A stretch of DNA of 64,000 bases from assembly GCA_964016885.1 (NCBI GenBank), contig OZ024755.1, positions 5,394,001 through 5,458,000 on the forward strand, given 5' to 3'. The translations under genes and the position numbers were made by a program. The DNA comes from Eledone cirrhosa. Lineage: Eukaryota. Below the pieces are notes generated by a model. The model made no database searches. It was not told the origin of the DNA and saw nothing but the letters and a program-made list of their open reading frames with translations. Shown here one piece after another: positions 37,972 to 51,520 of this stretch; the first letter of the stretch is position 1, and each line of letters starts with the position of its first letter.

Positions 37972-38887
37972 CTATTCGTGCCATCTTAGCATCCAGCGAA
38001 CCTGGTGGATGGTTATGTTTTATGGCATTCATCCTTCTATTTGCTGGGCCTACACCTCCTGGCACGCCTGGTCCTTTGGGGCCTTTAGGTCTTGGTGCTT
38101 CCACGGGCAAAACTCTTCTTCGTTTTTTCGGCAGTTTCGATCGGGCCTGTGTGTGTGAATAGAAGAGCGCAAAGTTGCTCACTATGACAGGTACCGGCAG
38201 AGCTATCGTCAACACACCTGCGAGGGCACATAATGCACCCACAAACATACCTACATACGTCTTGGGGGCCATGTCCCCATAGCCTACTGTGGTCATAGTC
38301 ACAATAGCCCACCAAAGACCAACTGGGATACTCTGAAAGTCATTAGACGGATTATATTCTATCCTTTCAGCGTAGAATATAAGTGCAGCAAAAATTACAA
38401 TACCAAGTACCAAAAAGAAGATTAGAAGGGATAATTCCTTGGCACTTGCTTTGAACGTATGGATGAGAATTTTTAGTCCGGCAGAGTGCCGAGTCAGTTT
38501 GAATAAACGAAGGATACGTATGATGCTGAAAAACTCTAAGATGTCACTCTCTTGCTTGAGTTTTGTGAGCAAAAAGTCTAGATAAAATGATAGAGTGGCC
38601 ACAATATCAATTATATTAACTGGGGCCTTCAGGAAGTAAAATTTATTTGGAGCAACAATCAGGCGTATAATTATCTCAAAAGTGAACCACGCATTGCAAG
38701 CGCATTCGATGTAGAAAAAGGCTTCATGAGGTTGAGTTTTTTGTTTTTCCAAATTCCAAGTGGAGTTAACCTCTGGAGGTAAACTTGTTGCATTACGCAA
38801 GACTGGAACTCGCATTTCTGGATGCGTCTTAAGGCAGAAGGACAATATTGAAATAACGATGAAGAAAACGGAGACGATGGAGATAAC
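37972..38887 (-). CDS. Shaw: Shaw/Kv3 channel, second coding exon: S1-S6, pore and proximal C-terminus
   Basis: Acceptor TCTCTTTTCAG|GTT in phase 0 matches the previous donor. Encodes S4 [13 protein letters not shown], pore [13 protein letters not shown]6 [17 protein letters not shown] and the Shaw/Kv3 motif KLPKKRRR. Consensus donor ATAG|GTAAGT (phase 1) at 37972/37971; read-through would instead stop at 37922. Confidence 0.97.
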
Positions 38888-39532
38888 CTGAAAAGAGAAG
38901 AGATGATACATATGAGAAATTCTTGGAAAGGTCTGCGAAATTCTTGGAAAGATCTGAATGTTTATTAATAAGGAGGAAACATGAAGTCAGGAAAAAAAAA
39001 TATTTAGTAAATGCTGGGTGTTGATATCCTTTTGGTTGTAAATTCTTTTTAGCTTGTTACCAAAACAAAAAAAGTAAAAAGTAAAAATCATACTATGAAA
39101 AATTGAAACAAGATTTGTTGATACACACACACAAATATATATATATATACACACACACACTTGGTATTGTAGATATAATATATATATTTATGTGTTGACC
39201 ACTGGCTGCTGGTTTCTGTTCTCTTAGGCATTTTTGCCCATCGCTGTCTTTGAAAACATTTAGCTGTTTTAATGGCTGTTCTAGTGATGAGCGCCTACCG
39301 ATATCTGGGAGATATAGGGTTCAATTTCTCATAGTAGCTGATGGCAATTGCTTTTTCCATCTTAGAGGGTCTTCGCCTCGTTTTATTAGCTATTTTATCG
39401 CATCTTTGCATATGAGTACACCATTCTCTATATTAAAGCCATTTTAATATTTTCATATGTTGTATCTCTGTGTGGGTGATATTATCACTAACATATTGCA
39501 TATGTTGTAAGATATATAAAAATAATATAAAA

Positions 39533-40382
39533 CTAGCAGAATGGCCCGGCGTTGCTCAGTATTCTAAACATAGATTGGCATGTTTATTCCTCCTTTCTAA
39601 AACAGTACAGAGAAGTACGGAATACCTTGGCCTGGGGATGGTGTCTACATTTTGTGCTTATAAAAAAAATTTGTCATAGATTACCAGGGGTTTAACTTAA
39701 TTGGGTGCCTGAAAGTAAAATATTCAACCCACGAAAGCCAAGACGATAGGGTTAAGTAAAAAGGCATTCGACAAACCGAACATGTATTTATTGTGCTATG
39801 GTACAATGGAAGCAATAGTTTCAGAGCAGTAAGCATGTGAGACTGCAGTGGTGGAGAGCATGAAGGAATTTAGTTGGATACTTTTAAGGTTACAGGACCT
39901 AACGCAACCAAAATGCTAAACAATGCGGCCCTCGGGCAAACATTTGAAATCCTTTTTAGTCAAGAAATTTTGTGAAACATAAGAAATGCATATGCAAAGT
40001 TGGGTACTTCTCGAGTTACAGGCCCTAATGCAACCAAAATGCTTTTAAAAAATCGGTTTTTCGCCTAATGTGGTCCCTGGGGCAAAAAATGAGAAAATCC
40101 TTTTGGCTCAAAACACTTTAAACGACATAAGTAATGCAAATTTTGAAGAAATCGCCTGGATTATTGTTCCGTTATGACTAAAAAAGCCTTTAAAGCCTAA
40201 AATATGCAGTTTTTCGCCTAATGCGGTCTCTAGGGCATTGAAAATTTGAAATATTTTTTGTTTGCTCAAAACACTCACACGACCATAAGTATTACATGTG
40301 TAAAGTTTGAAAAAAATCGGTTGGGTGGTTCTCGAGGTTTAGGGGACAGACAGACGGGCATTCTCTGTTTTAGATATATAGA
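39533..40382 (-). mobile_element. Non-autonomous Helitron
   Basis: Minus strand begins A|TCTATATATC with (GTCT)n near the 5' end and ends GCAACGCCGGGCCATTCTG-CTAG|T (subterminal hairpin remnant, CTAG end, A/T target, no TSD). Internal duplicated blocks at ~39890-40320. Confidence 0.8.
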
Positions 40383-40654
40383 TTAATATTTGTAAGACAC
40401 CCTGAACACACCACACACACATTTATACAAAATAGTAATTCCTAATTAATTATATAAGAAATCATTACTGTTGTAGATTGGTATTGCAGGTCAGCTCGGT
40501 CAGAATACAACTACAAAACTATCATATAAAGACAGCTGATGAAATAATACGTATTTTGTTGTTTCCATCTGTAGCTCTCTCATCTCTATATTGCAATATA
40601 ATAAAGTATACTGTATTAAAATTTTGGTCTTAAAGTCTCTAGTCTGCATTTTAA

Positions 40655-40919
40655 CCGTTTCATTACCATTTTTCTAATGAAAGACACTGCTTATGATTTT
40701 GAAATAATTTTGAAAATAATCATAAATTTGGAGAGAAAGATTTAGTAAACCAACTTTCTTACTGCTTATCTGATCTTTGGAACATAAGAAATATTCTTAT
40801 ATAAAATAATGATGAAAGGTTTTTACATAAATATAAATACTTTAGAATAAACAACTTTTTAGCATAGAACTAGGGACAGTTTCAAGCAGCTTTTTTATGG
40901 TATTAAGCAACTGAAAGGG
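40655..40919. mobile_element. Older TTAA-flanked MITE, family D
   Basis: TTAA|CCGTTTCATTACC...GAAAGGG|TTAA. Diverged relatives at ~4200-4666, 43810-43972, 44905-45024, 46040-46451, 47101-47490 and 58390-58643. Confidence 0.55.
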
Positions 40920-41071
40920 TTAAAGACAATAAAGTCTTTGAAGAAGGAGACATAGCTACATTGTAAAGAATGAGCAGTGTTTCCCTTTATCCCTAGGGTT
41001 CCAAACAATGTCTGTGGTTCTACAGGATAAAGTGTTTCGTAATAAAATTTCATATATGTAGATAAGTTTGT

Positions 41072-41335
41072 GGAGGTGCATGACCTAGTGGTAAGTGTGT
41101 TGGACTTAGTCATAATGTGGGTTTAATTCCTTTGACTGGGTGGTGCGTTATGTTCTTGGGCAAAACACTTCATTTCACATTGCTCCAGTATACTCAGCTG
41201 AGAATGAGTATCAGCAATAGCTGGTAATTTAACCCTGCAGTGGACTGGCGTCTTGTCCAGGGGATGAGTCTTGTACTCTCAGTTGCTTAATACCATAAAA
41301 ACTAGGATAAGCGCAGGCCTGATGAGCCTCCAGAC
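41072..41335 (+). mobile_element. tRNA-derived SINE with family-A head and a different 3' half
   Basis: Same head and core, then AACCCTGCAGTGGACTGGCGTCTTGTCCAGGG...GGATAAGCGCAGGCCTGATGAGCC. Confidence 0.8.
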
Positions 41336-42450
41336 TTTTTAGATGAGTTTGGGAAGCACTGATATAGAAGATTGTCTAACATAATCTAAAAGGGAAATTT
41401 AAAACAACAAAGAATTTCAGTGGCAGGAGACACAGCTGCTACATTGTGAATGTCAAGGTATCAAACATGAAAATAAGTTGTGTGTATTTGTGTATTTATA
41501 TCATCATCATTGTCTGCATAAAGGAGGTCAAGAAATAAGGGGCTGAAAGACTTCAATACATACATATGTATTGGTGAGGAATTTGTAAAATAAAACTAGA
41601 AGAACATACATGCATACAACACTTTGGAAAAGGAGAAAACTAAGGAAAATCTATAAAAAAGTATCACCATGAATTTGGAGAATGGAAAGATAAAATATAA
41701 CTTTGCTTTTCTGTGGTGATGTTTATTACATGCAGAGAAATAAATAAGTAGAACTCTTACTAGCTATAAAAAAGGGGCAAATAAAAATAGAAAGAATGTT
41801 TGGAGATACGAAAAAAGAAGACAGTTGAGTTTAAATTGATGACATTGAAATAGGAGAAATAGGAAGTAAAAGTTGTTTGGTGAGAGAAGCTGAAAGTAAA
41901 AAATATTTCACAAGAAATTCCAAGTCAAACCTAATCAGAAGTTTTCAGAGATATGAAAGAAGAAATGAGAATCAACAAATGTGAGATAGGTTTTTTTCTC
42001 AGGAAGATTCAGATGTTGTGGAGAGATAACAAAGAGTTTAAGATGCAATGTGGCGAGAAGATATCTCAAAGATGTATGTATTGTCTTTGTATTTATGACA
42101 CCAAATGAATACAGCCTCAATGGTGATACATGTGAGATTGTCAGTGAGTAAAGAAAAAAAAAAAAAAAAAGAAAATCAGGATAGGAAAGCATTAGGAAGA
42201 AACATAATTGTGAAATACTGGGACAAAAACAAAACAAAAAACCATGACTTTCTACCAGAGGCATCCTATTAGTGATTACCAGCAAGTTCTCAATAGAGAT
42301 ATGAATATAATAAGCTGATTGGTGTTGCTAAGTAACATATCTGATACTAAAAAAAATCAAAAGCACTCACATGGCAAAAAGCTACCAGCCAACTAGAGAC
42401 CAGATTCTAATGCATGAAATACATACAGTCTGTTGGAACTTATATATATA

Positions 42451-42700
42451 TGAAGGTGCATGGCTTAGTGGTTAGAGCATTGGGCTTGCAATCGAAAAGT
42501 TGTGAGTTCAATTCTCGGACCGGTTGATGTGTTGTTTCCTTGAGCAAGAAAGACACTTTGTTTTACGTTGCTCCAGTTTACTCAGCTGTAGAAATGAGAT
42601 GATAGGACTGGGGCCCCTATCATTAAATTACCCAAGACACCTCCAACGAGATATACCTTGGGGGAGGCCAGCTAAACCTGCATAGATGTGAGCTGTCACA
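42451..42700 (+). mobile_element. tRNA-derived CORE-like SINE, family A, full length
   Basis: A box TGGCTTAGTGG, B box GAGTTCAATTC, CCTTGAGCAAG-ACACTT core; closely similar inverted copy at 53952-54195. Confidence 0.88.
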
Positions 42701-44141
42701 CACACACACACTCATATATATATATATATAGATGTATAATTTAGGGATACATGGCTATCTAGTTAGTAGAAGCCATAGTATATAAATTGAATATATGAGC
42801 GAGATGTGATTACCCTAATTTATCTCGATGGAGGGTAACTTTATATGTGCAGTGACTCTGAGAGTGTTAGCTTGTCATAGTTACAGCAGCACAGAAAATG
42901 GACATTATAATTTTATATATACATATTTATATACATATGATTAATGGTGAAATATATACAAAAGAGATTAATCATTATTACAAGGTATCTATATTGTGGT
43001 TCTCATTAATTTTTAATATGTTATCTATGTAACTATGTGTATTTACATTCTTTATAAATTATCCTCTGTAATTGTTTGATGTGTTTATTTTATACATATA
43101 TATATGTCAATCGTTTTTTTTTAAATTTAATGATATATATACGTGCATACATTTATTTAGTATTGAGTTGAAGTGAAAATCAAATTAAGCATGTGTTTTA
43201 TTGGCAAAATTGACTACATGACTATCCCCAGCGTTAACCTAATATATTCCTTCCATATACTGTACCGATTATGTTGTTATTTCTGTTTACCTGTTACATA
43301 CACATATATATATATATACATATATATATAGTCCTATACGAGAAAGACATGGTCACCCGACCAATCTTGCCTCAAGTGGGACAATTCCCATCTAAACCCA
43401 TGCTAACATGGAAGATAGATGTTAAACGAGAATGATGATGATATATATGTATATATGGATACATGATATAGGGATAAAGTCTGGTAGTGATTCGTCTTGT
43501 TGCAGAGAATGACAAATGGTACATTGGTACATACTGCTAAATGCATGAGAAGATTAACAAAGAGAAATATAATCGCCACATTAAAAAGTGGAATGATGTG
43601 TAAACAGATTTTGCTGGTGGCAGTAGTAGAAGTGAAAGAAGCTCAGACGAGACAATTGTAGTACTGTTAGACTAAATATAATGAAGATACAGTGTATTAA
43701 TGAGTTTAGAACTCGAGATTGTTGGTGAGAAAAGAATTATCTCTTACTAGTTTTCATTCAGTATGTTAGTGCAATTTTCTCTCACAGTCTCTGTTTATAT
43801 ATATTAATCTTTAAAATACAATATGGTGTTTGAAATATAAATTAAAGAAAGGTTTTAGATAAAATTTATGATGAAAGGTTTTAAATAAGCGTAAGTTCTT
43901 TACAATAAACAGCTTAGTGTTGTTGTACTAGGGTTCGGGTCATTGCTGGTATTTTTGTATCAAAAGGGTTAATTAATAAATTAACCTTGGTGTTAAAGTT
44001 GTTTAAAGGTGATAAACTTATATTACTAAAAATAAATAAATAAAGCTAACAATTCTTTTGATTAGCTCAAACAAATACAAATATTCCTTTTATTCTCTCT
44101 CTGCCCCTCCTGAGTTCTCTAACTGCTCTTCCATTCTTTAA

Positions 44142-44363
44142 CCCTTTAGCATTCACATCACTCTATATTTGCTATTGTATTTTCACAGTAAAGACTTTAT
44201 CTTACATAATTATCTCACATAATATCGAATCTACAAGATGTTGATGTTATTTATGTTGAGGTCAATGCCTTAATGTAGGTATGAGCAGCCAGTTATAGCT
44301 GGTTTGAACAGAAAAAGGTGAGAAAGTTCTGGCCAGATATGGCCAGTTTTAAATTCTAAAGGG
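44142..44363. mobile_element. piggyBac-type MITE, family C
   Basis: TTAA|CCCTTTAG...CTAAAGGG|TTAA: TIRs with a TTAA target duplication. Confidence 0.8.
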
Positions 44364-44804
44364 TTAAAGGGGTTTAGTTTAACCCAATTCTTTGCTATGA
44401 TCATCATAGCAATTGGCTGTTTTACAGCTGTTTCTGTGTTTGAGTTTCCTATAATTTTATGAAATATTTTTTGTTTCATATAATTGTTAGAAGTGCATAA
44501 CACTTAACAACTTCTAGGTCATCATAAAAAAATCTATACAAAAAAATGTATTATTGTTATGTTAATGTTACAGCAGATAGTTTGTCAATCAAGCAATAAA
44601 ATTTTTCCTGTTGTCATCATCATCATCATCATTGTTTAACATCTGTTATCCATGCTAACAGAGGTAGTTATTACAAATCTAATTTAAAGCATTTCAGTCT
44701 AATGAATACCAGTTAACACAAACGTTTTCATTGCCTTCATTTTACAGTACATCTCACCTTGTCTTAGCCTTCGTAAACATATCATTTTCTACATTATATA
44801 CTAA

Positions 44805-44903
44805 ATTGAGAGATCACAGCTTCGATATTATGGGTATGTGGTTAGAATGTCTCAGAAAATAATTGCTGGACAGATTTTATGGGCAAAACCAACTGGCAAG
44901 AGA
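44805..44903 (+). mobile_element. RTE LINE fragment
   Basis: IERSQLRYYGYVVRMSQKIIAGQILWAKPTGKR, same family as 56660-57035. Confidence 0.7.
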
Positions 44904-45725
44904 ATAATAAGAAAGTTAGTTATAGTTCTAAGTCTCTTCAAATTTCCAAAATCTTGATTATTTTCAAAATGATTTGAAAAGAATAGGCAGCATTTCATTA
45001 GAAATATGGCAATGAAAGGGTTAAACTTTGATCTTATGGTCACTTGCCATGACATTTAATTCTAGAAAAAGTTTTTAAAATGTTTATTTTCTTCTTGCCA
45101 ATAAATGGTAAAAGTATAATTCATTAAATTTATTTTAGCATGATCCACTCTGAATAGTTCCCTTTATATTATTCTTATAGCTTTTCAACCATGGTCTTCT
45201 CACTCTACATATGAAATATTTTGGAAGACTCCTACATGTTAAATTATTAATAATATTTTGGGCTTATCTATGGAATAATAATTAAAAATATTGGTAATTG
45301 AAAATATTGATTCCTCTCAGACATTCTTATTAATGTTTCCAAAACAATGGAGCAGTCTTTTAAACACACTGTTGATTAATAAAGTTTGAATATTCTGTTA
45401 AGATATAATAACATTTCTCTCATTAAAGTTTTCTAAAGCTACATCAAAAAGAATCACAATGTATACAAATATAGCCCAGATGTCAATGTCTGATATGGGG
45501 GTTATGAAGGTCCTAAGGTTAGCTTTCTAATTCATATGATGTAATTGTAATATTATTTTATCTATTAATATAATATGTGTTATTATAGAATATATAATTG
45601 AGGCTGTATTACTCATTGTTATTGCTGTTTGTTCAGTCTTAGAGATAATAGAAATATGGTCATAGTTAAACACTATATCAATAACATTAAGTAATGACTT
45701 GAAGTGTACTTAACATAACACCAAC

Positions 45726-45869
45726 AACACCACAGTCTATAAAGTTTATAGATATCTGATGGGGTAGATAATTAACACTGCAGTCTATAAAGTTTATAGA
45801 TAACTCAAGGGGTAGATAGTTAACACTGCAGTCTATAAAGTTTATAGATAACTGAAGGGGTAGATAGTT
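45726..45869. repeat. ~48-bp tandem repeat x3
   Basis: AACACTGCAGTCTATAAAGTTTATAGATAACT..GGGGTAGATAGTT. Confidence 0.9.
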
Positions 45870-47240
45870 GTGTGTAAAGTTATTGCAGCTTAATCCTTTA
45901 ACATTTACATTACTCTATATATGCTATGATATTTTTGTAGCTTGTCTGGGAGATCAGTAGTCCCGCTTCAGTAATGATTTGGTCTATATAGATCTGTCCA
46001 ACCCTTGCTAGTAAGGAAAATGGATATTAAAACGAGGATGAACCATATTTTAAGTTACTATCTTAATAATGAAATAATAATTTTAGTAAATTCCTCAAAA
46101 TTCCTCAATTTAATGATATAGAATGTATTTCATTAGCAATATGATCACTAGAGATACAATACATATATTTTGCACAGCTATAATACTTTCAATATAATAA
46201 TAATAATCAGTTTTTTATCTCTTTGATATGAAACTGCATGATACTGTCTCTGGTTTAATGATATTAAACTGTTTATTATTAACTAAAAACCTTCCATCAT
46301 AATTTTATGGAATATTTATTTGAATAATGTTCAAAACTCCAGTTTAATTATAAGAAAGTTATTTTACTAAATACCTTCATTTTCCTCATTATTTCCAAAG
46401 TTATTTGAAAATTATAGGTTTTCATTAGAAATATGGTAACAAAAGAGTTAATAAGCTTCCTGGCTATGAATTTAACCTTCAGCTCTTTAAAAATCACCAA
46501 ATTACTCTATATTGCCTCGAAACTTTAGTCATAAATATTTGAAATTGAATCATATCTTTAATGACTAAATGTTGATTCTTTCAACACATGAGACAATATG
46601 GTAAGGAGTCTTCTCTGGAGCATCAACATTTTATAATGAAAATTTATGACTGATGTTGTTGATTGTGTAAGGCAAAAAGGTGAAACAAAAAAGCCCAAAA
46701 AGAATCGTGAAAAAAAAAAAGTGAAAAAATAGTGAAAAAAATAAAAATAAAAATGAATGCGAAATAATTTTAGTTGTGAGAATTCGAGGAATTTAATAAA
46801 GGTGGGTACAATTATTTAATGTTTAATTAAGATTTAAGGTTAGGCTAAAATTCAAGCTTCAAGTAATTCTAAGTAGAATGATTTGTGGGTAGAGGAAAGA
46901 AAGAAAAATTGATGTTACTAGTAAAAATAAAACATGATCAAGAGCAATGAACTAGTTATTAAACAATACATTCCACATATTTTCCATTTTGTTGTTCAAT
47001 AATTAACTCATTGGACAGGAAAGAACAATTAATATTATATTAGTAGTGCGGACAGTAGCTTGTGAGAATCAGTAGAGCGTCTATATTTAGTTATGTCCTT
47101 TTAACCAGTTTAATACCAACCGACTTGGAACTGTTTACCGTTCCTGAGATAAAACCAGTCATTTGAAAGTTTTAATATTTAGACTAAAACCTTCCATCAT
47201 AATTTTATGTAAGAATATTTTGTTAAATTCTAAACACTGG

Positions 47241-47426
47241 TGGATTGGCAGTATCGGTAGAGGGTCGGATGCCATGCTTTGACGCATAGTTACGGCCCTT
47301 GCCATTCTGAGTTAAAATCCCGCCGAGGTTAACTTTGCTTGTCATCCTTACGGGGTCGATAAAATAAAGTACCAGTAATGCATTGGCTAATTGCTGGCCT
47401 TGTGCCAAAAGTAGAAACAATTATTA
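47241..47426 (+). mobile_element. SINE family B, full length (~185 bp)
   Basis: GGATTGGCAGTATCGGTAGAG...TTCTGAGTT(C/A)AAATCCCGCCGAGGTTAACTTTGC...GGGGTCGATAAAATAAAGTACCAGT...GTGCCAAAAGTAGAAAC plus (ATT)n; about ten copies or fragments in the window. Confidence 0.88.
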
Positions 47427-48565
47427 ACTATAACCCTCCAAATTCTTGATTATTTTCAAAATTAATTGAAACACATTCATCAATGTATTTCATGTGGGAG
47501 ACACATCTCACACTCTACTAAGTGCATTTTATCATGGCACTAGCACTAGTGGTGTCATGTTTCTTACACAACTGAAGGTAACTCTTTATTTAACAAGCTT
47601 TCTATGGGTGCATGTACTTCCTATCATCAACTACTTTACAGCATGTACTTGTTGCATAGATCACCAATACTAGAGAGGTTGTCATGTCTTGGACACAACT
47701 GAAGGGTCCTCCCAACCCTTTATTTGGCACTCTTTCTACGACTGGATGCACTTCCTATCATTTTACAGTATGTACTGGATGTGTTTAATATTATATGAGG
47801 AGTGAGAGCAGAAGACTGCCAGAATCGACAGAGCATATGTATTTAGTTATGTCCCTGCAATGTTCTGATGTCAAATCTTGCTAGCACGGACTTTGCTTCT
47901 TGTTGGAGTGTTTTAGATAATCAACATCATTTGGCGTCTGTTTTGTTTTCTGCTAGCAAGGGTTGAATGGATTGACAATCTAAATCACAACTTACTCATA
48001 GCTGTTTTCCCTATCAGATGTGCTGGAGGGTGCATCTTGATTACATTTTTGCACTTTACAGAGAATATTGGGTGAATTTTATCATGGCACCAGCACTAGG
48101 TAGACTGTTATTTTCTACAGCTGGATGTCCTTCCTATCACCAACCCTTTTACAGAGTATACTGGGTGTTTTTTTTATCATGACTTCAACACAAGGAAACT
48201 TGTCAAGTACTAGATAGGTTTTGCTATACACTATCTTCCTATCTAGCTTTGTGATGTGTCATGTAGCTTGTTTCAATTGTTCCTTGGAAGAGTAAAGTTC
48301 CCAAATTTATCATCAGTATTTCTTGACTGCCAAAATATAGAGAACAAAAAAAAACTAAATGCACTAAGAGGTTTAGCTGAGCACTCCATCTAGTTTTCTT
48401 CCCACTATTCAACCTTAAAATCTTCCAATATTAATATTGTAACTTCACATTGATCTTAAAGCAAATATAGTTGAGAAACTTATATAGTAATAGAGAGCTA
48501 GAAATGCCTACAGCTAGATAATCACAATACTTTTTGTACTTTTCTTCCCTCAAATCAATACACAC

Positions 48566-48647
<82 letters not shown>

Positions 48648-48657
48648 TACACACACA

Positions 48658-48732
48658 CAGAGTGTCCCCCTAAAGTGTATACATATTCAACAGTATTCTC
48701 ATCAAAATGTGTATACATTTTTTGGGACACCC

Positions 48733-48734
<2 letters not shown>
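48658..48734. mobile_element. Tc1/mariner-type MITE, same family
   Basis: CAGAGTGTCCCCC...GGGACACCCTG TIRs. Confidence 0.75.
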
Positions 48735-48766
<32 letters not shown>

Positions 48767-49558
48767 AACAAATATGAGAGTGTGTGTATTAGCCATTCAT
48801 TCTCTCCTATAATTGTTGCAGAAATTCTAGAAATTCTATAACAAGTGTTTTCCTATACAACATAGCCTTAAATTTCGCCAGCAATATCCCTATTAAGTTG
48901 AATTACTTTCACCTTTATGATACAATATCTATAGAATGTGCTGTGTATTTTGTACAAAGATTTCTATCATTCTTGACGGAATTCCTGAAATGAATGCTCA
49001 CCATTTCCACAAAATGTAGACATTTCAGATCAGTGGTCAATACAATTTATTTATCTGCCAATATTGTATTGTATTGAGCCACTGTTTTGCTGATGTTCTT
49101 GTTACCATTTCTATTATATTATTTACTTTTCTAGCTTGTCATATCCAATTATTGCTTTGGCTTTCAAATCATAAAGCTTACTCCAACTTCATTCTTATAA
49201 AGATGCAATTAAGAAAAATATATTTTACATTGTTCCTTCAAGCATATAAGCCTCAATAAAACTTTTACTGGCTATTGAAATATTGTAAGCTCACTTTTTC
49301 TGAGTCAGTAGACCTTAATCTTTTTGATTGATATTTATCTTTCAGTATGTATGGTATAACAGGTTAATTAAATTAGTCATTTGGTTTCACAGCCCCATCG
49401 TCAGGATATGAATGAAACGCTGTTGGTTTCTGTAACTGTTTTCTTTTTCATAGTATACGAATGTGATGTGATGTTAGATGTATACGTCATCAGTCACACG
49501 TTTGTTTTGTCTATGACATGTATATGTTGTCTGTATGGTTATTTTTGTGTTGTATGAG

Positions 49559-49599
<41 letters not shown>

Positions 49600-49687
49600 G
49601 TAAACAGAAATAACAACACAATCAGTACAGTATATGGAAGGGATATATTAGGCTAACGCTTGATATAGCAGGAGGGGGGGGGGGGTA

Positions 49688-49719
49688 TTAACGTTTCGGA
49701 CGCTAGTCCTTCATCAGAA
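49688..49719 (-). ncRNA. Minimal hammerhead ribozyme motif in a TA-flanked Penelope-like fragment (49595-49820)
   Basis: Minus strand: CTGATGA-A-GGAC-tagc-GTCC-GAAACGTT with palindromic AACGTT in place of stem III. Stem I is weak. Confidence 0.62.
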
Positions 49720-50518
49720 GAAAGAATCAGAAATAAGATAGATTGAGGGGACGGGCGTGTTGGAATTGGAAACAATGTCTTTAGATAAAAATAACAGGTC
49801 AATTCATGTTGACATCTCTTATATATATATATATACAGTATATATATATATATATATAATTGAAACTAGCACGTGGGGGTGTATTGTTTAAAACACGTAA
49901 ACCTCACAATCAAGATTCAACTATTACATTCCACCATCGAAACGATTTAAGCTTGCAAAAAAAAAAAAAAATGGTGAATGTTACTGAGGTTTTGAATAGG
50001 GGTGTATTTCAGTTGAATATAAACTGGTCGTGAGAAATACAAATACAAAATCAAAAAAAAAAAAAGAAATACAAAGAATTTAGAATTAAAAAGAATATAT
50101 ATTAAGTTTGTTCGTTGGTAAACAATTTACACAATGAACTGAAATAAAAAAAATATATTTGACACAGGTTAAAAGGTATTTTCTTTTAAAATATTCTTTG
50201 TTTTTTTTTTTTTCAAAAGTTTAAAAAAATCATTAATAATATATTTAACTTCAAAAATCTTTTAACGAATATTATCACAGTTTCCATAGTAACTTGAGAA
50301 ATTTATTAAAAAAAAATATCATAAAATATATGAAATAGAATAATAAAAAAAAAAGAAAATGGAACATTCCAGAATTTAATGGATATTTTCTTTTATGCAA
50401 ATGTTTCCATTAATCATTAATATTATATCGTTTACATTAATTATTAATATTATAACGGTACTGAAATAAAAAGTGGTAAACTGAAATTTTGGTGAGAAAT
50501 TAAATGATTCGGTCATAC

Positions 50519-51028
50519 CTTTGCAGGTGTAGAAGAATAGGGCTCGTCAAAGAGAGCCCAAATCTTGGGTTGAACTCTTTGCCAACAATTGAGATCTCCA
50601 GCCTTATACCTGTCCTCCAATCCGAATTTCTTCATTATGTCCTCCTCTGTAGGTTTATCGGTATCCAGGTCTAAACGGTCTAAAATAGTAAGTACGTCTT
50701 GTGTGTCTCTATGTTGTGTATAGGTCATCCAACAGCAGGGCTCGACTTGATTGGAATCGAGCCCCCAAAACTCCAACTCCTCTTCAAACAACGGTCCGCA
50801 CACATCAGTTGGATAATGTAGTTTTCCAGTACGGTAATAATTGAGGATTTGGGCGAAGACGCCAGGATGCCTATCGAAAAAGTATTCATTTAGTACAGGA
50901 TCATAATTAGCCAAAGCTTCTGTAAGACGTGACAAGCGAGTGGCAGGGATTTTTTTGAGTGTCGCTTTGTATGTCTCGTGGCGTATGCCCCCGACATTGA
51001 GTATAACTCTATTGTCAGAATCAGACAT
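50519..51028 (-). CDS. Shaw: Shaw/Kv3 (KCNC-type) voltage-gated K+ channel, first coding exon: T1/BTB tetramerisation domain
   Basis: [100 protein letters not shown]... is near-identical to invertebrate Shaw T1, including the HX5C...CC Zn-binding motif. In-frame TAA 9 nt upstream of the ATG. Phase-0 donor AAG|GTATGA at 50519/50518. Confidence 0.97.
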
Positions 51029-51249
51029 ATTGAATTAATATATCAAAATACCTAAAGAAGGCGCATTTTCAAACAATTATCGAACATTATAAAATCATCT
51101 GGGTACATCTTTAGAGACCCATTTTTAGATTTGAAAGAAAATAATTGAAAACTACTTTGGATCCAATCAGTTTGTATTTCATATTCTATCTAAATAAACA
51201 TCGATCTGCATTTGTTCAGAGCAGTTATAAAAATACTATAGCGACGCAC
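51029..51249 (-). other. 5' UTR portion of the first coding exon of Shaw
   Basis: Strong acceptor (long pyrimidine tract then CAG|GTGCG) at 51250/51249 implies at least one further upstream non-coding exon. Confidence 0.6.
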
Positions 51250-51390
51250 CTGAAAAAAAAAGAGAGAAAGACATTATGTAAACATAAGGAAAATAGTAGC
51301 TACTTCAAATTAATATAATGAGCACTAACATCTAAATATGACGTACTTATTTTACGAATGAGATGAACGTTTTCCTTGTATTATTTACTA

Positions 51391-51520
51391 TTACGACCCT
51401 TTATGGTCTGAGTTCAAATCCCGCCTAGGTTAACTTTGCCTTTCATCCTTACGGGGTCGATAAATTAAAGTACCAGTAATACACTGGATAATTGCTGGCC
51501 TTCTGCCAAACGTAGAAAGA
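51391..51520 (+). mobile_element. SINE family B, 5'-truncated
   Basis: TCTGAGTTCAAATCCCGCC...GGGGTCGATAAA...GTAGAAA. Confidence 0.85.

Noticed and set aside
41319-41325. CTGATGA hammerhead core
   Set aside because: No stem II-GAAA follows; it is part of a SINE tail. CTGATGA at 55362 and ~40536 likewise lacks the second half.
42451-42530. tRNA gene
   Set aside because: A/B boxes are present but there is no cloverleaf, and it continues into a repeated SINE body.
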